Notes: generated by a model from the letters alone, not told the origin. Shown: positions 16,765-25,835, numbered from the stretch's first letter. The stretch: 32,000 nucleotides of DNA from Fibrobacter succinogenes subsp. succinogenes S85 (GCF_000146505.1 NC_017448.1:240001-272000), one strand, 5' to 3'. Translations and numbers: made by a program.

Positions 16765-17814
16765 ATGAACATCAAGAAAACTGCAGTCAAGAGCGCTCTC
16801 GCCGTAGCAGCCGCAGCAGCAGCCCTCACCACCAATGTTAGCGCAAAGGATTTTAGCGGTGCCGAACTCTACACGTTAGAAGAAGTTCAGTACGGTAAGT
16901 TTGAAGCCCGTATGAAGATGGCAGCCGCATCGGGAACAGTCAGTTCCATGTTCCTCTACCAGAATGGTTCCGAAATCGCCGATGGAAGGCCCTGGGTAGA
17001 AGTGGATATTGAAGTTCTCGGCAAGAATCCGGGCAGTTTCCAGTCCAACATCATTACCGGTAAGGCCGGCGCACAAAAGACTAGCGAAAAGCACCATGCT
17101 GTTAGCCCCGCCGCCGATCAGGCTTTCCACACCTACGGTCTCGAATGGACTCCGAATTACGTCCGCTGGACTGTTGACGGTCAGGAAGTCCGCAAGACGG
17201 AAGGTGGCCAGGTTTCCAACTTGACAGGTACACAGGGACTCCGTTTTAACCTTTGGTCGTCTGAGAGTGCGGCTTGGGTTGGCCAGTTCGATGAATCAAA
17301 GCTTCCGCTTTTCCAGTTCATCAACTGGGTCAAGGTTTATAAGTATACGCCGGGCCAGGGCGAAGGCGGCAGCGACTTTACGCTTGACTGGACCGACAAT
17401 TTTGACACGTTTGATGGCTCCCGCTGGGGCAAGGGTGACTGGACATTTGACGGTAACCGTGTCGACCTCACCGACAAGAACATCTACTCCAGAGATGGCA
17501 TGTTGATCCTCGCCCTCACCCGCAAAGGTCAGGAAAGCTTCAACGGCCAGGTTCCGAGAGATGACGAACCTGCTCCGCAATCTTCTAGCAGCGCTCCGGC
17601 ATCTTCTAGCAGTGTTCCGGCAAGCTCCTCTAGCGTCCCTGCCTCCTCGAGCAGCGCATTTGTTCCGCCGAGCTCCTCGAGCGCCACAAACGCAATCCAC
17701 GGAATGCGCACAACTCCGGCAGTTGCAAAGGAACACCGCAATCTCGTGAACGCCAAGGGTGCCAAGGTGAACCCGAATGGCCACAAGCGTTATCGCGTGA
17801 ACTTTGAACACTAA
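16765..17814 (+). CDS. Endo-1,3-1,4-beta-D-glucanase (lichenase), circularly permuted GH16, with PxSSSS linker and basic terminal domain, 349 aa
   Basis: Recognised from memory as the F. succinogenes mixed-linkage beta-glucanase. It has a signal peptide (MNIKKTAVKSALAVAAAAAALTTNVSA) and the GH16 catalytic segment PWVEVDIEVLG. Five PxSSSS repeats and a Lys/Arg/His-rich tail (...NPNGHKRYRVNFEH) follow. Confidence 0.95.
   Translation: MNIKKTAVKSALAVAAAAAALTTNVSAKDFSGAELYTLEEVQYGKFEARMKMAAASGTVSSMFLYQNGSEIADGRPWVEVDIEVLGKNPGSFQSNIITGKAGAQKTSEKHHAVSPAADQAFHTYGLEWTPNYVRWTVDGQEVRKTEGGQVSNLTGTQGLRFNLWSSESAAWVGQFDESKLPLFQFINWVKVYKYTPGQGEGGSDFTLDWTDNFDTFDGSRWGKGDWTFDGNRVDLTDKNIYSRDGMLILALTRKGQESFNGQVPRDDEPAPQSSSSAPASSSSVPASSSSVPASSSSAFVPPSSSSATNAIHGMRTTPAVAKEHRNLVNAKGAKVNPNGHKRYRVNFEH
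17575..17685 (+). repeat. Coding tandem repeat (about 21 nt x5) giving the P-x-S-S-S-S-[AV] linker
   Basis: PQSSSSA PASSSSV PASSSSV PASSSSAFV PPSSSSA, read directly from codons 17575-17685. Confidence 0.9.
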
Positions 17815-17853
17815 TCGTGGCTGATTCTCTTTATAATTCTCTTTATCGCAAAG

Positions 17854-17884
17854 ACCATGTGGTTTACTCCACATGGTTTTTCGT
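17854..17884 (+). terminator. Intrinsic terminator of the glucanase gene
   Basis: ACCATGTGG (17854-62) / CCACATGGT (17869-77) followed by TTTTTCGTT. Confidence 0.7.
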
Positions 17885-18002
17885 TAAGTCCACTAAAATT
17901 AGGGGATTTTCGCTATTTTTTTTGAATTTTGACACTAAAATGTCAAATGAGTTTTTGTATTTTTGATTTCGAAATTTTTAAAAATTAAAATAGGATAGTT
18001 AT

Positions 18003-18482
18003 ATGGCTTATTTGAATAAGGTTATGCTCATCGGTAATATCGGTAAGGATCCGGAAGTTCGCGTGAATCCCAATGGCGGTCGCAAGCGTGTTTCTTTCTC
18101 CCTCGCCACTTCTCGTCGCTATCGTGACAACAACGGTGAACAGAAGGAACAGACCGACTGGCACAACATCATTGGCTGGGGCAAGATTGCAGATATCGTT
18201 GAACAGCTCGGCATTCGCAAGGGCATGAGCCTTTATGTTGAAGGTTCCCTCACCAACCGCAGCTGGACAGACCAGACCAGCGGCCAGAAGCGCTATGTCA
18301 CTGAAATCAACATGGACACGTTCCAGCTCCTCACTCCGCGTGGCCAGGGTGGTGCTCCGGGTGCAGGTGGTTTCAGCCAGGCCAACAGCTACCAGCCCAA
18401 CAGCTTTAACGGCATGCAGCAGAATAGCGCTCCGGCCTACGATGCAGGCATGGCAGAAGACGACGTAGATCTTCCGTTCTAA
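18003..18482 (+). CDS. ssb: Single-stranded DNA-binding protein, 159 aa
   Basis: OB-fold N-terminus MAYLNKVMLIGNIGKDPEVR, a Gly/Gln/Pro-rich linker, and the acidic tip EDDVDLPF. Confidence 0.95.
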   Translation: MAYLNKVMLIGNIGKDPEVRVNPNGGRKRVSFSLATSRRYRDNNGEQKEQTDWHNIIGWGKIADIVEQLGIRKGMSLYVEGSLTNRSWTDQTSGQKRYVTEINMDTFQLLTPRGQGGAPGAGGFSQANSYQPNSFNGMQQNSAPAYDAGMAEDDVDLPF

Positions 18483-18496
18483 TCAAGACTATCTGA

Positions 18497-19444
18497 ATGA
18501 ATCAAGGAATTGCAGAATTAACGCTCATCTACGGATTGCCGCTTGGAATATCGTTTGTAACGCTATTCGCCACGGCAACAAGTCCTGGGCGTAACACGAA
18601 AGTCGTCGGAGCTATTCTTTCGACTCTCACGATCGTTATAGACTGTCTGTTCTATTTCGTAAAGAATACCATCATTATTCAAAATGTTGAAGGTGGTATT
18701 TTGCTGTCGTTCTTTTTGCTTTTCTTGTTCAGCATCTTTTGCATCATACAAAGCGAAGAATGGTCAACACGAGCATCGTTCCTATTCTTCTCGTTGTGCA
18801 TGCTGACGGGCTGCATTGGTACGGCATGCTTTGAACGTCCGACCTTGGTTCTTACATCAGCTTACTCTCCAACGGATCTCGTTACGCACAACAAAAAATA
18901 CGAAGACTACATTTCGTCTTTTGACAATGCGAACAACGAAAAGAAGGAACAAGGTTTCGCGACGGCTTCGAATAGCAACAGCGATTCCGCAATTGACGAC
19001 GATGATGTCGAACTCGCTCCTGAAGTGATGGACCGCCTTGACACTTACGCAGATAAGGCCGAAACGGTCATTGAAAAAATGTTTGACATAATGAACGCAT
19101 TGAATTCCTTTGAACCGATGGAAGCAAACGCAGGCGAAATGGAACGCGAAAAGCGGAGCCAGCAGGCTCTTGCCATCAACAACAAGGCGACGTCGCTCAA
19201 TCGCAAAACGATTGGAATTTTCCATCCGCTCGAAGCTCGTGAAGCGCATTCAGAACTTGTACAAGCTTCCGAAACGCTCCGCACCGCATCTCATGAATTG
19301 TATTCGTACTGTCTTGTAGAAGACACGCAAGAAGCGATGAAGAAGTATTCTCAAGCTCGCGACTTGATTGTGATTGCAAAAAGGCACATCGACAAATTCA
19401 ATAAAATCATTCAAAATTTAACGAACAATCAACCTCAACAATAA
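18497..19444 (+). CDS. Hypothetical membrane protein (N-terminal multi-TM region plus helical C-terminal domain), 315 aa
   Basis: Long ORF 14 nt after ssb on the same strand. Three to four hydrophobic helices occupy the first roughly 115 aa, followed by an acidic linker and a helical, charged C-terminal half. No family recognised. Confidence 0.5.
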   Translation: MNQGIAELTLIYGLPLGISFVTLFATATSPGRNTKVVGAILSTLTIVIDCLFYFVKNTIIIQNVEGGILLSFFLLFLFSIFCIIQSEEWSTRASFLFFSLCMLTGCIGTACFERPTLVLTSAYSPTDLVTHNKKYEDYISSFDNANNEKKEQGFATASNSNSDSAIDDDDVELAPEVMDRLDTYADKAETVIEKMFDIMNALNSFEPMEANAGEMEREKRSQQALAINNKATSLNRKTIGIFHPLEAREAHSELVQASETLRTASHELYSYCLVEDTQEAMKKYSQARDLIVIAKRHIDKFNKIIQNLTNNQPQQ

Positions 19445-19463
19445 GAAAACAAAGGTTAAATCT

Positions 19464-20453
19464 ATGATTCGTAACGTAGCGATCATGGGCGCCACTGGCG
19501 CAGTAGGTCAGGAACTCCTCAAGATTCTTGAACAACGTAACTTCCCGCTTCAGAACCTGAAGCTTCTCGCCTCCGAACGCAGTGTCGGCCGTGAATATGA
19601 ATTCAAGGGCGAAAAGCTCAAGGTTGAATTGACTTGCAAGGACGCATTCAAGAACGTTGACCTCGTGCTCTCTTCTGCAGGCGCAAGCGTTTCCAAGGAA
19701 TTCGCTCCGATTGCTGTTGACGCAGGCGCAGTCGTCGTCGACAACACGAGCTTCTTCCGCATGGATCCGAACGTCCCGCTCGTTGTCCCGGAAGTGAACC
19801 CGGAAGACATCAAGCTCCACAAGGGCATCATCGCTAACCCGAACTGCACGACCATCATGATGGTTGTCGCTCTCAAGCCGATCAACGACTTGAGCAAGAT
19901 TACCCGCATCCACGTTGCAACCTACCAGAGCGCAAGCGGTGCAGGTGCAACTGGCATGGCAGAACTCAAGCAGCAGTACCAGGAAATCGTCGAAGGCAAG
20001 CCGGTCACCGTGAAGAAGTTCGCCCACCAGCTCGCTTACAACCTCATTCCGCACATTGACGTGTTCACCGACAACGGCTACACGAAGGAAGAAATGAAGA
20101 TGTTCAACGAAACGCGAAAGATCATGCACAGCGACGTCCGCTGCGCTGCAACCTGCGTCCGCGTTTCTGCTCTCCGCTGCCATTCCGAAGCTATCAGCTT
20201 CGAAACGGAACGTCCGCTTTCTATCGAAGAGGTCTCGAATGCCATCAAGAACGGCGAAGGCCTCCAACTCTGCGATGACGTTGCAAACAACGTCTACCCG
20301 ATGCCGCTCAACCTCATGGGTACCGACGACGTCTACGTTGGCCGTATCCGCAAGGACCTCGCTTGCGACAATGGCATGAACATCTGGATTGTTGGCGATC
20401 AGATCCGCAAGGGTGCTGCTCTCAACGCAGTCCAGATTGCAGAACGCCTCTAA
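19464..20453 (+). CDS. asd: Aspartate-semialdehyde dehydrogenase, 329 aa
   Basis: NAD(P)-binding VAIMGATGAVGQ, the active-site IANPNCTT cysteine, and the SASGAG and VRVSALRCHSEA motifs. Confidence 0.95.
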   Translation: MIRNVAIMGATGAVGQELLKILEQRNFPLQNLKLLASERSVGREYEFKGEKLKVELTCKDAFKNVDLVLSSAGASVSKEFAPIAVDAGAVVVDNTSFFRMDPNVPLVVPEVNPEDIKLHKGIIANPNCTTIMMVVALKPINDLSKITRIHVATYQSASGAGATGMAELKQQYQEIVEGKPVTVKKFAHQLAYNLIPHIDVFTDNGYTKEEMKMFNETRKIMHSDVRCAATCVRVSALRCHSEAISFETERPLSIEEVSNAIKNGEGLQLCDDVANNVYPMPLNLMGTDDVYVGRIRKDLACDNGMNIWIVGDQIRKGAALNAVQIAERL

Positions 20454-20492
20454 TTGCGATTACGCTCCGGTCTACAGCCGGGAATCGCTTTT

Positions 20493-20527
20493 AAAAAGAG
20501 TCTAGCATTCGCTAGACTCTTTTTATT
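20493..20527 (+). terminator. Intrinsic terminator of asd
   Basis: AAAAAGAGTCTAGC (20493-20506), loop ATTC, GCTAGACTCTTTTT (20511-20524), then ATT. Confidence 0.7.
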
Positions 20528-20529
20528 CC

Positions 20530-20569
20530 TTATATAAACAAGAACGCCTCCCTTCCGGGAGGCGTTCTT
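20530..20569 (-). terminator. Intrinsic terminator of the outer-membrane protein gene
   Basis: 13-bp stem AAGAACGCCTCCC (20540-52) / GGGAGGCGTTCTT (20557-69). On the minus strand GUUUAUAU follows. Confidence 0.55.
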
Positions 20570-20594
20570 TGCAAACAGTCGTTGCTATTAGCTA

Positions 20595-21824
20595 TTAGAA
20601 GCGGACCATCGCACTGAAGTCAATGAACGTTCCATCAGCCTGGAAGTAGTTGCCAAGGCCAGTGAAGAGCTTTTCGCCGAGGCCGAGTTCAACAGCAAGG
20701 AAATCCTTGTACTGGTAACGGAAGCCCACAGAAGCGTTCACGGAGTTCATCACGTCCATCATACGGCTCGTATCGGAATCGTTGTTCTTCAAGTACTGGA
20801 AAGCAACCCAGTCGTAACCGACTTCGCCGTAGAACATGAAGTTCTTTTCTTCGCCGACGAAGACTTCACCAAGCATGCTCGGCTGGAGAACAGCGGTAAT
20901 GGCATACTGGTCAACCGGATCGTCATAATTTCTGTAAGAGACAATGGCAGCACCGCCGATAAGGATGCGAGCATTTTCGTTTTCAAGAACGGAGAGACCG
21001 CCACGGATGTACGGAGAGAGGTCCCAGAAAGAAGCCGGATCGTTAGCCTTTTCGACATCGCCATCAACTTCTGTTTCGTTGTTGAAGCTGACGAATCTTG
21101 CACCGAGTGTCCAAGTGAAGTTCTTGGCAGTCGGAGCGTTGGTCAAGCTGAGATTAACGGTAAGGCTGTCAAAACGGTCTTCGGTTTCAACGCCCTTATC
21201 CGGATCAGAATGAGTCTGCTTCTTCGTGGTGAGCCAGTCAACATCTGCAGCGACGTTCATACCCAAGAAGCTCTTGGCGATTGCGGCAGCCCAGTCATCG
21301 CCACCGTAAGTCGTGCTGACAACACCTGCATCGTTGCTGACGCGGTCACGGCCAAGGCCTGCTCTTACATAGAAGCCGAAGCCCGGAACGGCGTAACCGA
21401 GAGTGAGACGGCCAAGCTGGCTATCGTCATGCGTAGCCTTGCTAATGTCAAAAGCAGTGAAGAAAGAACCGAGAGAGACAATGCCAAGTTTGTTGGTCGG
21501 TTCAATGTAGAAGAACTTGCGGTTTGCAAACAAGTTCGGATACTTGAGCAAGAGGTCCGTATTGTTAGCAGCGGCCATGTTGCTGTTTCTGTTGTAGGAC
21601 TTGCCGTGCAAGATAGCATTGAACGGAGTACGCTTGGAATCCTTCGGAATTTCTGGAGCGACAAACGGAACCGGAGCCGTAAGGCTTTCAGAAGCAGCAG
21701 CCTGTTCTTCCTGCTGCTGGAGCTGCTGTTCGCTCATGGAAGGAGCGGTCGATTCAGAAGCTTCCTGTGCAAAAGCTGCACCGACGCTAACGAGGCCAAT
21801 GCCAAACATCGTTTTTAAGTTCAT
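20595..21824 (-). CDS. Putative outer-membrane beta-barrel protein, 409 aa
   Basis: Signal peptide MNLKTMFGIGLVSVGAAFAQ, then a Gln/Glu-rich linker. Alternating hydrophobic beta-strand patterns are present, and the C-terminus ...FIDFSAMVRF ends in Phe. No specific family recognised. Confidence 0.6.
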   Translation of the reverse strand: MNLKTMFGIGLVSVGAAFAQEASESTAPSMSEQQLQQQEEQAAASESLTAPVPFVAPEIPKDSKRTPFNAILHGKSYNRNSNMAAANNTDLLLKYPNLFANRKFFYIEPTNKLGIVSLGSFFTAFDISKATHDDSQLGRLTLGYAVPGFGFYVRAGLGRDRVSNDAGVVSTTYGGDDWAAAIAKSFLGMNVAADVDWLTTKKQTHSDPDKGVETEDRFDSLTVNLSLTNAPTAKNFTWTLGARFVSFNNETEVDGDVEKANDPASFWDLSPYIRGGLSVLENENARILIGGAAIVSYRNYDDPVDQYAITAVLQPSMLGEVFVGEEKNFMFYGEVGYDWVAFQYLKNNDSDTSRMMDVMNSVNASVGFRYQYKDFLAVELGLGEKLFTGLGNYFQADGTFIDFSAMVRF

Positions 21825-21926
21825 AGTTTTTCCTTGTAATAAGATTTTTTGATTTGTGTGACAAAAATATAATTAATTCTAGTTATCTGTCTTTAGCAAT
21901 TTCTATCAGAAATATGATTTGAACTA

Positions 21927-23042
21927 CTATCCTAAGTTCTCCGGATTCAAGCACTTAAGTTCATCGACTACAAAAAGTCCGTCCTTGCGGATGAGCTTGT
22001 CGTCGAACCAAATTTCGCCACCACCGTATTCCGGACGCATGATCAGCACCAAGTCCCAATGGATGGCAGACTTGTTCCCGTTCGGGGCATCTTCGTAGCA
22101 CATACCCGGTGTAAAGTGGATGGAACCCGCAATTTTTTCGTCAAACAGAATATCGCACATCGGAGAAAGCACAAACGGATTGAAGCCAATAGCAAACTCG
22201 CCTACATAGCGAGCGCCCTCGTCCGTATCAAAAATAGCGTTCAGGCTCTTGTTGTCGCCAGTTTCGCAGGTCGCTTCGACAATCTTCCCCTGTTTGAAGA
22301 CGAGGCGGATATTGCTGAACTGCTTGCCTTCGTAAAGCGTCGGCGTATTGTAATGGATAACGCCTTCGATACTCCCCTGCACCGGCGCCGTATAGACTTC
22401 GCCATCAGGAATGTTCATGTTGCCGCAGCACGGCACTGCTGGAATATCCTTGATGCTGAACGTGATGTCCGTATCCTGAGCCACGAGACGCACCTTGTCC
22501 GTCCTGTTCATGAGGTCGACCAAAGCCAGGGCAGCGCGCTGCATCTTCGGGTAATCGGCAAGGCAAGCCTTGAAGTAGAAGTCCTCAAATGCTTCCGTGC
22601 TCATCTTTGCGCCCTGGGCCATAGACGGGTTCGGCCAGCGGAGCACGCACCAGCGTGTGTTGTTCACGCGATAGTTGAGCACGTCCTGCGTGATGGTCCT
22701 GTAGGCAAGCATCTTCTTGTCGTCGATATCGCAGTTCTCCATGGCGTTGTTCATCGCGCGGATAGAGAGGTAAGCCTGCATCTGCTTCATCTCGTTCATC
22801 GCAAGATCCGCAGAGAGCTTCATCTGTTCTTCGGAGGCGCTACGGATAACTTCACGACGCACACGGCTATTGTAATTGTGGATAAATGCGTTACCGCCAA
22901 CTTTGGCAACAGCCTTGATGAGTTCTGTAGAGAGCTCGTCCGGTGTATCGGTCGTTTCGATTAAAATATTTTCGCCCGCCTTGAGAGCAATGGCGTTGTT
23001 GATCAAATTTTCTGCAAGTTGCGTAATGCGAGGATCTTTCAT
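21927..23042 (-). CDS. Aminopeptidase, peptidase family M29 (AmpS/PepS-like), 371 aa
   Basis: Family-typical N-terminus MKDPRITQLAENLINNAIALKAGENILIE and the later VGEFAIGFN and HWDLV segments. The length fits M29. Confidence 0.75.
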   Translation of the reverse strand: MKDPRITQLAENLINNAIALKAGENILIETTDTPDELSTELIKAVAKVGGNAFIHNYNSRVRREVIRSASEEQMKLSADLAMNEMKQMQAYLSIRAMNNAMENCDIDDKKMLAYRTITQDVLNYRVNNTRWCVLRWPNPSMAQGAKMSTEAFEDFYFKACLADYPKMQRAALALVDLMNRTDKVRLVAQDTDITFSIKDIPAVPCCGNMNIPDGEVYTAPVQGSIEGVIHYNTPTLYEGKQFSNIRLVFKQGKIVEATCETGDNKSLNAIFDTDEGARYVGEFAIGFNPFVLSPMCDILFDEKIAGSIHFTPGMCYEDAPNGNKSAIHWDLVLIMRPEYGGGEIWFDDKLIRKDGLFVVDELKCLNPENLG

Positions 23043-23059
23043 TCTTTACCCCATAAATT

Positions 23060-23095
23060 AAAATCACCGAAAGTCGGCGACAAGAATCGCCGACT
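23060..23095 (-). terminator. Intrinsic terminator after the TonB-like gene
   Basis: AAGTCGGCGA (23070-79) / TCGCCGACTT (23086-95). The minus strand continues UUCGGUGAUUUU. Confidence 0.5.
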
Positions 23096-23143
23096 TAAAT
23101 TTAAAAATCTATTTGTCTTTATTCTACTCCAAATATCATTCCA

Positions 23144-24091
23144 TTACTCCGTAAAGGTAAACGGAATCGTCACTGTCGTATTTCCCGATTTAACCTTGCC
23201 AAACATCCATCCATTCACAGCCTTCTTGACTTCGTTATCAAATTCGGCATATCCCGTCGTAGAACCCACCACAGCCATGCTGATGATTTCGCCTCCCGGC
23301 GCAATAGTGAACTTCAATGTAACCTTGCCTTGGAAACCTGGTTTCTTTTTCAAGTGCTTGTTGTAAATATGGCGGAGTCCAGGTGTACGCTGACGCACGA
23401 TTTTCATGATATCGGACGCCGAGCGAGATCCTCCGGCAGAACCCATATCAATTTCATTCGGCTTAGGAGTTTTGATATTGCCCTTCAATCCCGATGTTGC
23501 AAGGCGACCACGAGAACCTCCCATCATGTCACCAAACAAATCGGAAATGCCACCTGTTCCACCGGAAGCGAATCCGTCATTGAAGCCGGCATTCACCGGA
23601 CCGCGACGTTCGCCAAGTCTCGCTGTACCATGTGTCTTGAGGCCATTTACACGAGTGATTACTTTGTCGATGTCTTTAGCGAGCGTCACTTTGGCATTGT
23701 CAAACGCACTTGCCGACGGATTGTTTTTTAACGCCGTCAGAATCTTAAGCACGCCACGTTCAAGAGCGGCCTTGGGATTGCCTTTTCCCTTTGGTTTTCC
23801 ACCACCACCGGGTTTCTTACGATAGACATTCTGATTCTTTGGCGGACGCTTTTTTTCGACTTTCTTGTCCTTCTGTGTTATAGGATCGTTCATGGTGACC
23901 TTTGTAACGATTTCAGTGTCCGACTTTGTGTCAAACATGATTTCGTCAATCATCTGTTCATACGTCGTTGCCCAGAAACCAAGCATCAACGCGACAATAA
24001 GCGATGCACTGGCAATGCGCACCATCTTCTTGTCGGAATCTGGCATCAGGGATGCGATGAACGCATCTTGTTTTTGTTTTGTTGTTTTCAT
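23144..24091 (-). CDS. TonB-C-like (AgmX/PglI-type C-terminal domain) membrane-anchored protein, 315 aa
   Basis: GGGAGG lies 8 nt upstream of ATG 24091. There is one N-terminal TM (MVRIASASLIVALMLGFWA) and a Lys/Pro/Gly-rich linker. The C-terminal IYNKHLKKKPGFQGKVTLKFTIAPGGEI...VTIPFTF resembles the TonB-C/AgmX fold. The ORF-track start at 24193 is an upstream extension. Confidence 0.6.
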   Translation of the reverse strand: MKTTKQKQDAFIASLMPDSDKKMVRIASASLIVALMLGFWATTYEQMIDEIMFDTKSDTEIVTKVTMNDPITQKDKKVEKKRPPKNQNVYRKKPGGGGKPKGKGNPKAALERGVLKILTALKNNPSASAFDNAKVTLAKDIDKVITRVNGLKTHGTARLGERRGPVNAGFNDGFASGGTGGISDLFGDMMGGSRGRLATSGLKGNIKTPKPNEIDMGSAGGSRSASDIMKIVRQRTPGLRHIYNKHLKKKPGFQGKVTLKFTIAPGGEIISMAVVGSTTGYAEFDNEVKKAVNGWMFGKVKSGNTTVTIPFTFTE

Positions 24092-24192
24092 GATTTTATC
24101 CTCCCTTTTCAGGAAATTGGATGTTTTTGTTTTTTGGGTATCAGCAAACCAACTACCCCGTGAGCGGAGTATCAATTTGCCGAATGGCAACA

Positions 24193-24232
24193 CTTCGGAA
24201 TAAGGCTACCCGAACTAGCCTTTATTGCGAAG
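24193..24232. repeat. Long imperfect inverted repeat in the divergent tonB-like/alr intergenic region
   Basis: CTTCGGAATAAGGCTA (24193-24208), loop CCCGAAC, TAGCCTTTATTGCGAAG (24216-24232). The arms pair over about 15 bp with one mismatch and one bulge. Confidence 0.6.
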
Positions 24233-24594
24233 TTTCACGCGATTACATACAATGTCAGAAAAAAAATTTTATTACAAAATAAGGAATTTTATTTAACAAC
24301 CCACATCCTTACCACACCCATAAAGTACCAATAAAAAAAACGCAAAAACCACAGCAAAACAGTAAAGAAAATTTCATACGAAAGATTGTAAACTCAGATA
24401 AAATAAGGCTTTCCGCGTGGTTATTGGGTTCGCTCGCATTTTTCGATTTTTTCTCGGCCCTAGATTTTTACAAAACTTAGCCCAGTGTAATTTATTCCAT
24501 ATTAGAATAAAATTTGCAAAACACCCCCGAAATTTACGCTTTTTTACCAATCGCGAGCCCATTTTTAAAATGGCTTACCTATATTTCCATTATC

Positions 24595-25818
24595 ATGAAA
24601 CTTTTAGCTACTCCTCCTGACTTAAATAAGATTGCTCGCCCGAACTGGATTGAAATCAACCTAGACGCCCTCTGCAACAACATTCAATTTATCAGAAGCC
24701 AGATTCCGGCTTCTACAAAAATTTTGCTCCCCGTCAAGGCCGACTCTTACGGCCACGGAAGCCTCGCCTGCTCTTTTGCCGCCAAGTTCGGTGGCGCCGA
24801 CTACCTCGGAGTCGCCCACATCAGCGAAGGCATGTTGCTTCGCCAGTACGGCATGGACTTGCCGATCCTCGTGCTTGGTCCTTGCACTCCGTCTGACTTT
24901 GCGTACTTTGTCGAATACCAGCTCACGGCAGCCATTACCGACATCCGCACTGCAATGGCATTTGACCAGTTCCTTGGTGAAACAGGTACAGAATGCAAGG
25001 CTCACCTCGCCATTGACACGGGCATGAACCGCTACGGCTTTGATGCCGAAGACTTCAACAACATTCGCGCAGCACTCAGCCTCAAGCATCTCAAGTTCGA
25101 AGGCATGTTCACGCATCTCGCTACAGCCGACATGCCGGGCAACCCGAAAACGGAAATTCAGATTCAGCGCTTTACACGACTCGTCGATGTGCTCGAAGCA
25201 GAAGGACTCCGTCCTGAAATTTGCCACTGTTCCAGTTCTGCAGGCACGCTCACGCACCCCGAAAGCCATTTCGACATGGTGCGCCCAGGTCTCACGCTTT
25301 ACGGCTACAACTGCATGGGAGCAATCCCGACCACATTGCCGATCAAGCCGGTCATGAAAATCAAGTCCACCATCCGCCACGTGCACGACGTGAAGCCTGG
25401 CGAAACCGTCAGCTACGGCGGTTACTGGGCAGCCCAGCAGCTCACGCGCATCGCAACCATCGCTATCGGTTACGGTGACGGCTACCTCCGCGGCGAATAC
25501 AACAAGGGCTTTGTCTTTATCCGTGGACAGCTCTGCCCGATCCTCGGACGCGTCTGCATGGATGCGACAATGGTCGACGTAAGCCACATCCCGGATGTGC
25601 AAGTCGGCGAAACCGTTGACGTCGTGAATGGCGAACTCGACTTCCGCATTTCGATGGAAAGCGTTGCCGAAGAACACCACACGATTCCGTACGAAATCAC
25701 TAGCCGCGTGGCTCGCCGCCTGTACCGCAAGTACTACTGGAAGAACCGCCTCGTGCGCTGGGATTACCTCAAGGAAGAATTCGGCGTCAAGGATTTCAAG
25801 GAATATCCATTGCGCTAG
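24595..25818 (+). CDS. alr: Alanine racemase, 407 aa
   Basis: MKLLATPPDLNKIARPNWIEINLDAL..., the PLP-lysine motif LLPVKADSYGHG, and later YGGYW and MDATMVDV. This is the first ATG in the ORF; the ORF-track start 24514 is a TTG. Confidence 0.92.
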   Translation: MKLLATPPDLNKIARPNWIEINLDALCNNIQFIRSQIPASTKILLPVKADSYGHGSLACSFAAKFGGADYLGVAHISEGMLLRQYGMDLPILVLGPCTPSDFAYFVEYQLTAAITDIRTAMAFDQFLGETGTECKAHLAIDTGMNRYGFDAEDFNNIRAALSLKHLKFEGMFTHLATADMPGNPKTEIQIQRFTRLVDVLEAEGLRPEICHCSSSAGTLTHPESHFDMVRPGLTLYGYNCMGAIPTTLPIKPVMKIKSTIRHVHDVKPGETVSYGGYWAAQQLTRIATIAIGYGDGYLRGEYNKGFVFIRGQLCPILGRVCMDATMVDVSHIPDVQVGETVDVVNGELDFRISMESVAEEHHTIPYEITSRVARRLYRKYYWKNRLVRWDYLKEEFGVKDFKEYPLR

Positions 25819-25835
25819 GAGAAGTACCGCATGGT

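Noticed and set aside
17575-17685. Regular about 21-nt repeats that might suggest a CRISPR or VNTR array
   Set aside because: They lie inside the glucanase CDS, are in frame, and encode the PxSSSS linker. There are no spacers and no cas genes.
17824-17847. 12-bp tandem duplication ATTCTCTTTATA/ATTCTCTTTATC just after the glucanase stop
   Set aside because: There are only two copies. It is most simply replication slippage between the stop codon and the terminator, and no function can be inferred.
17889-17946. CACTAAAAT direct repeat and TTGACA-N6-TGTCAA palindrome upstream of ssb as a possible LexA/SOS box
   Set aside because: It does not match the Fibrobacter LexA box as I remember it (TGCNC-N4-GTGCA). 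The region is AT-rich, so short palindromes are expected by chance.
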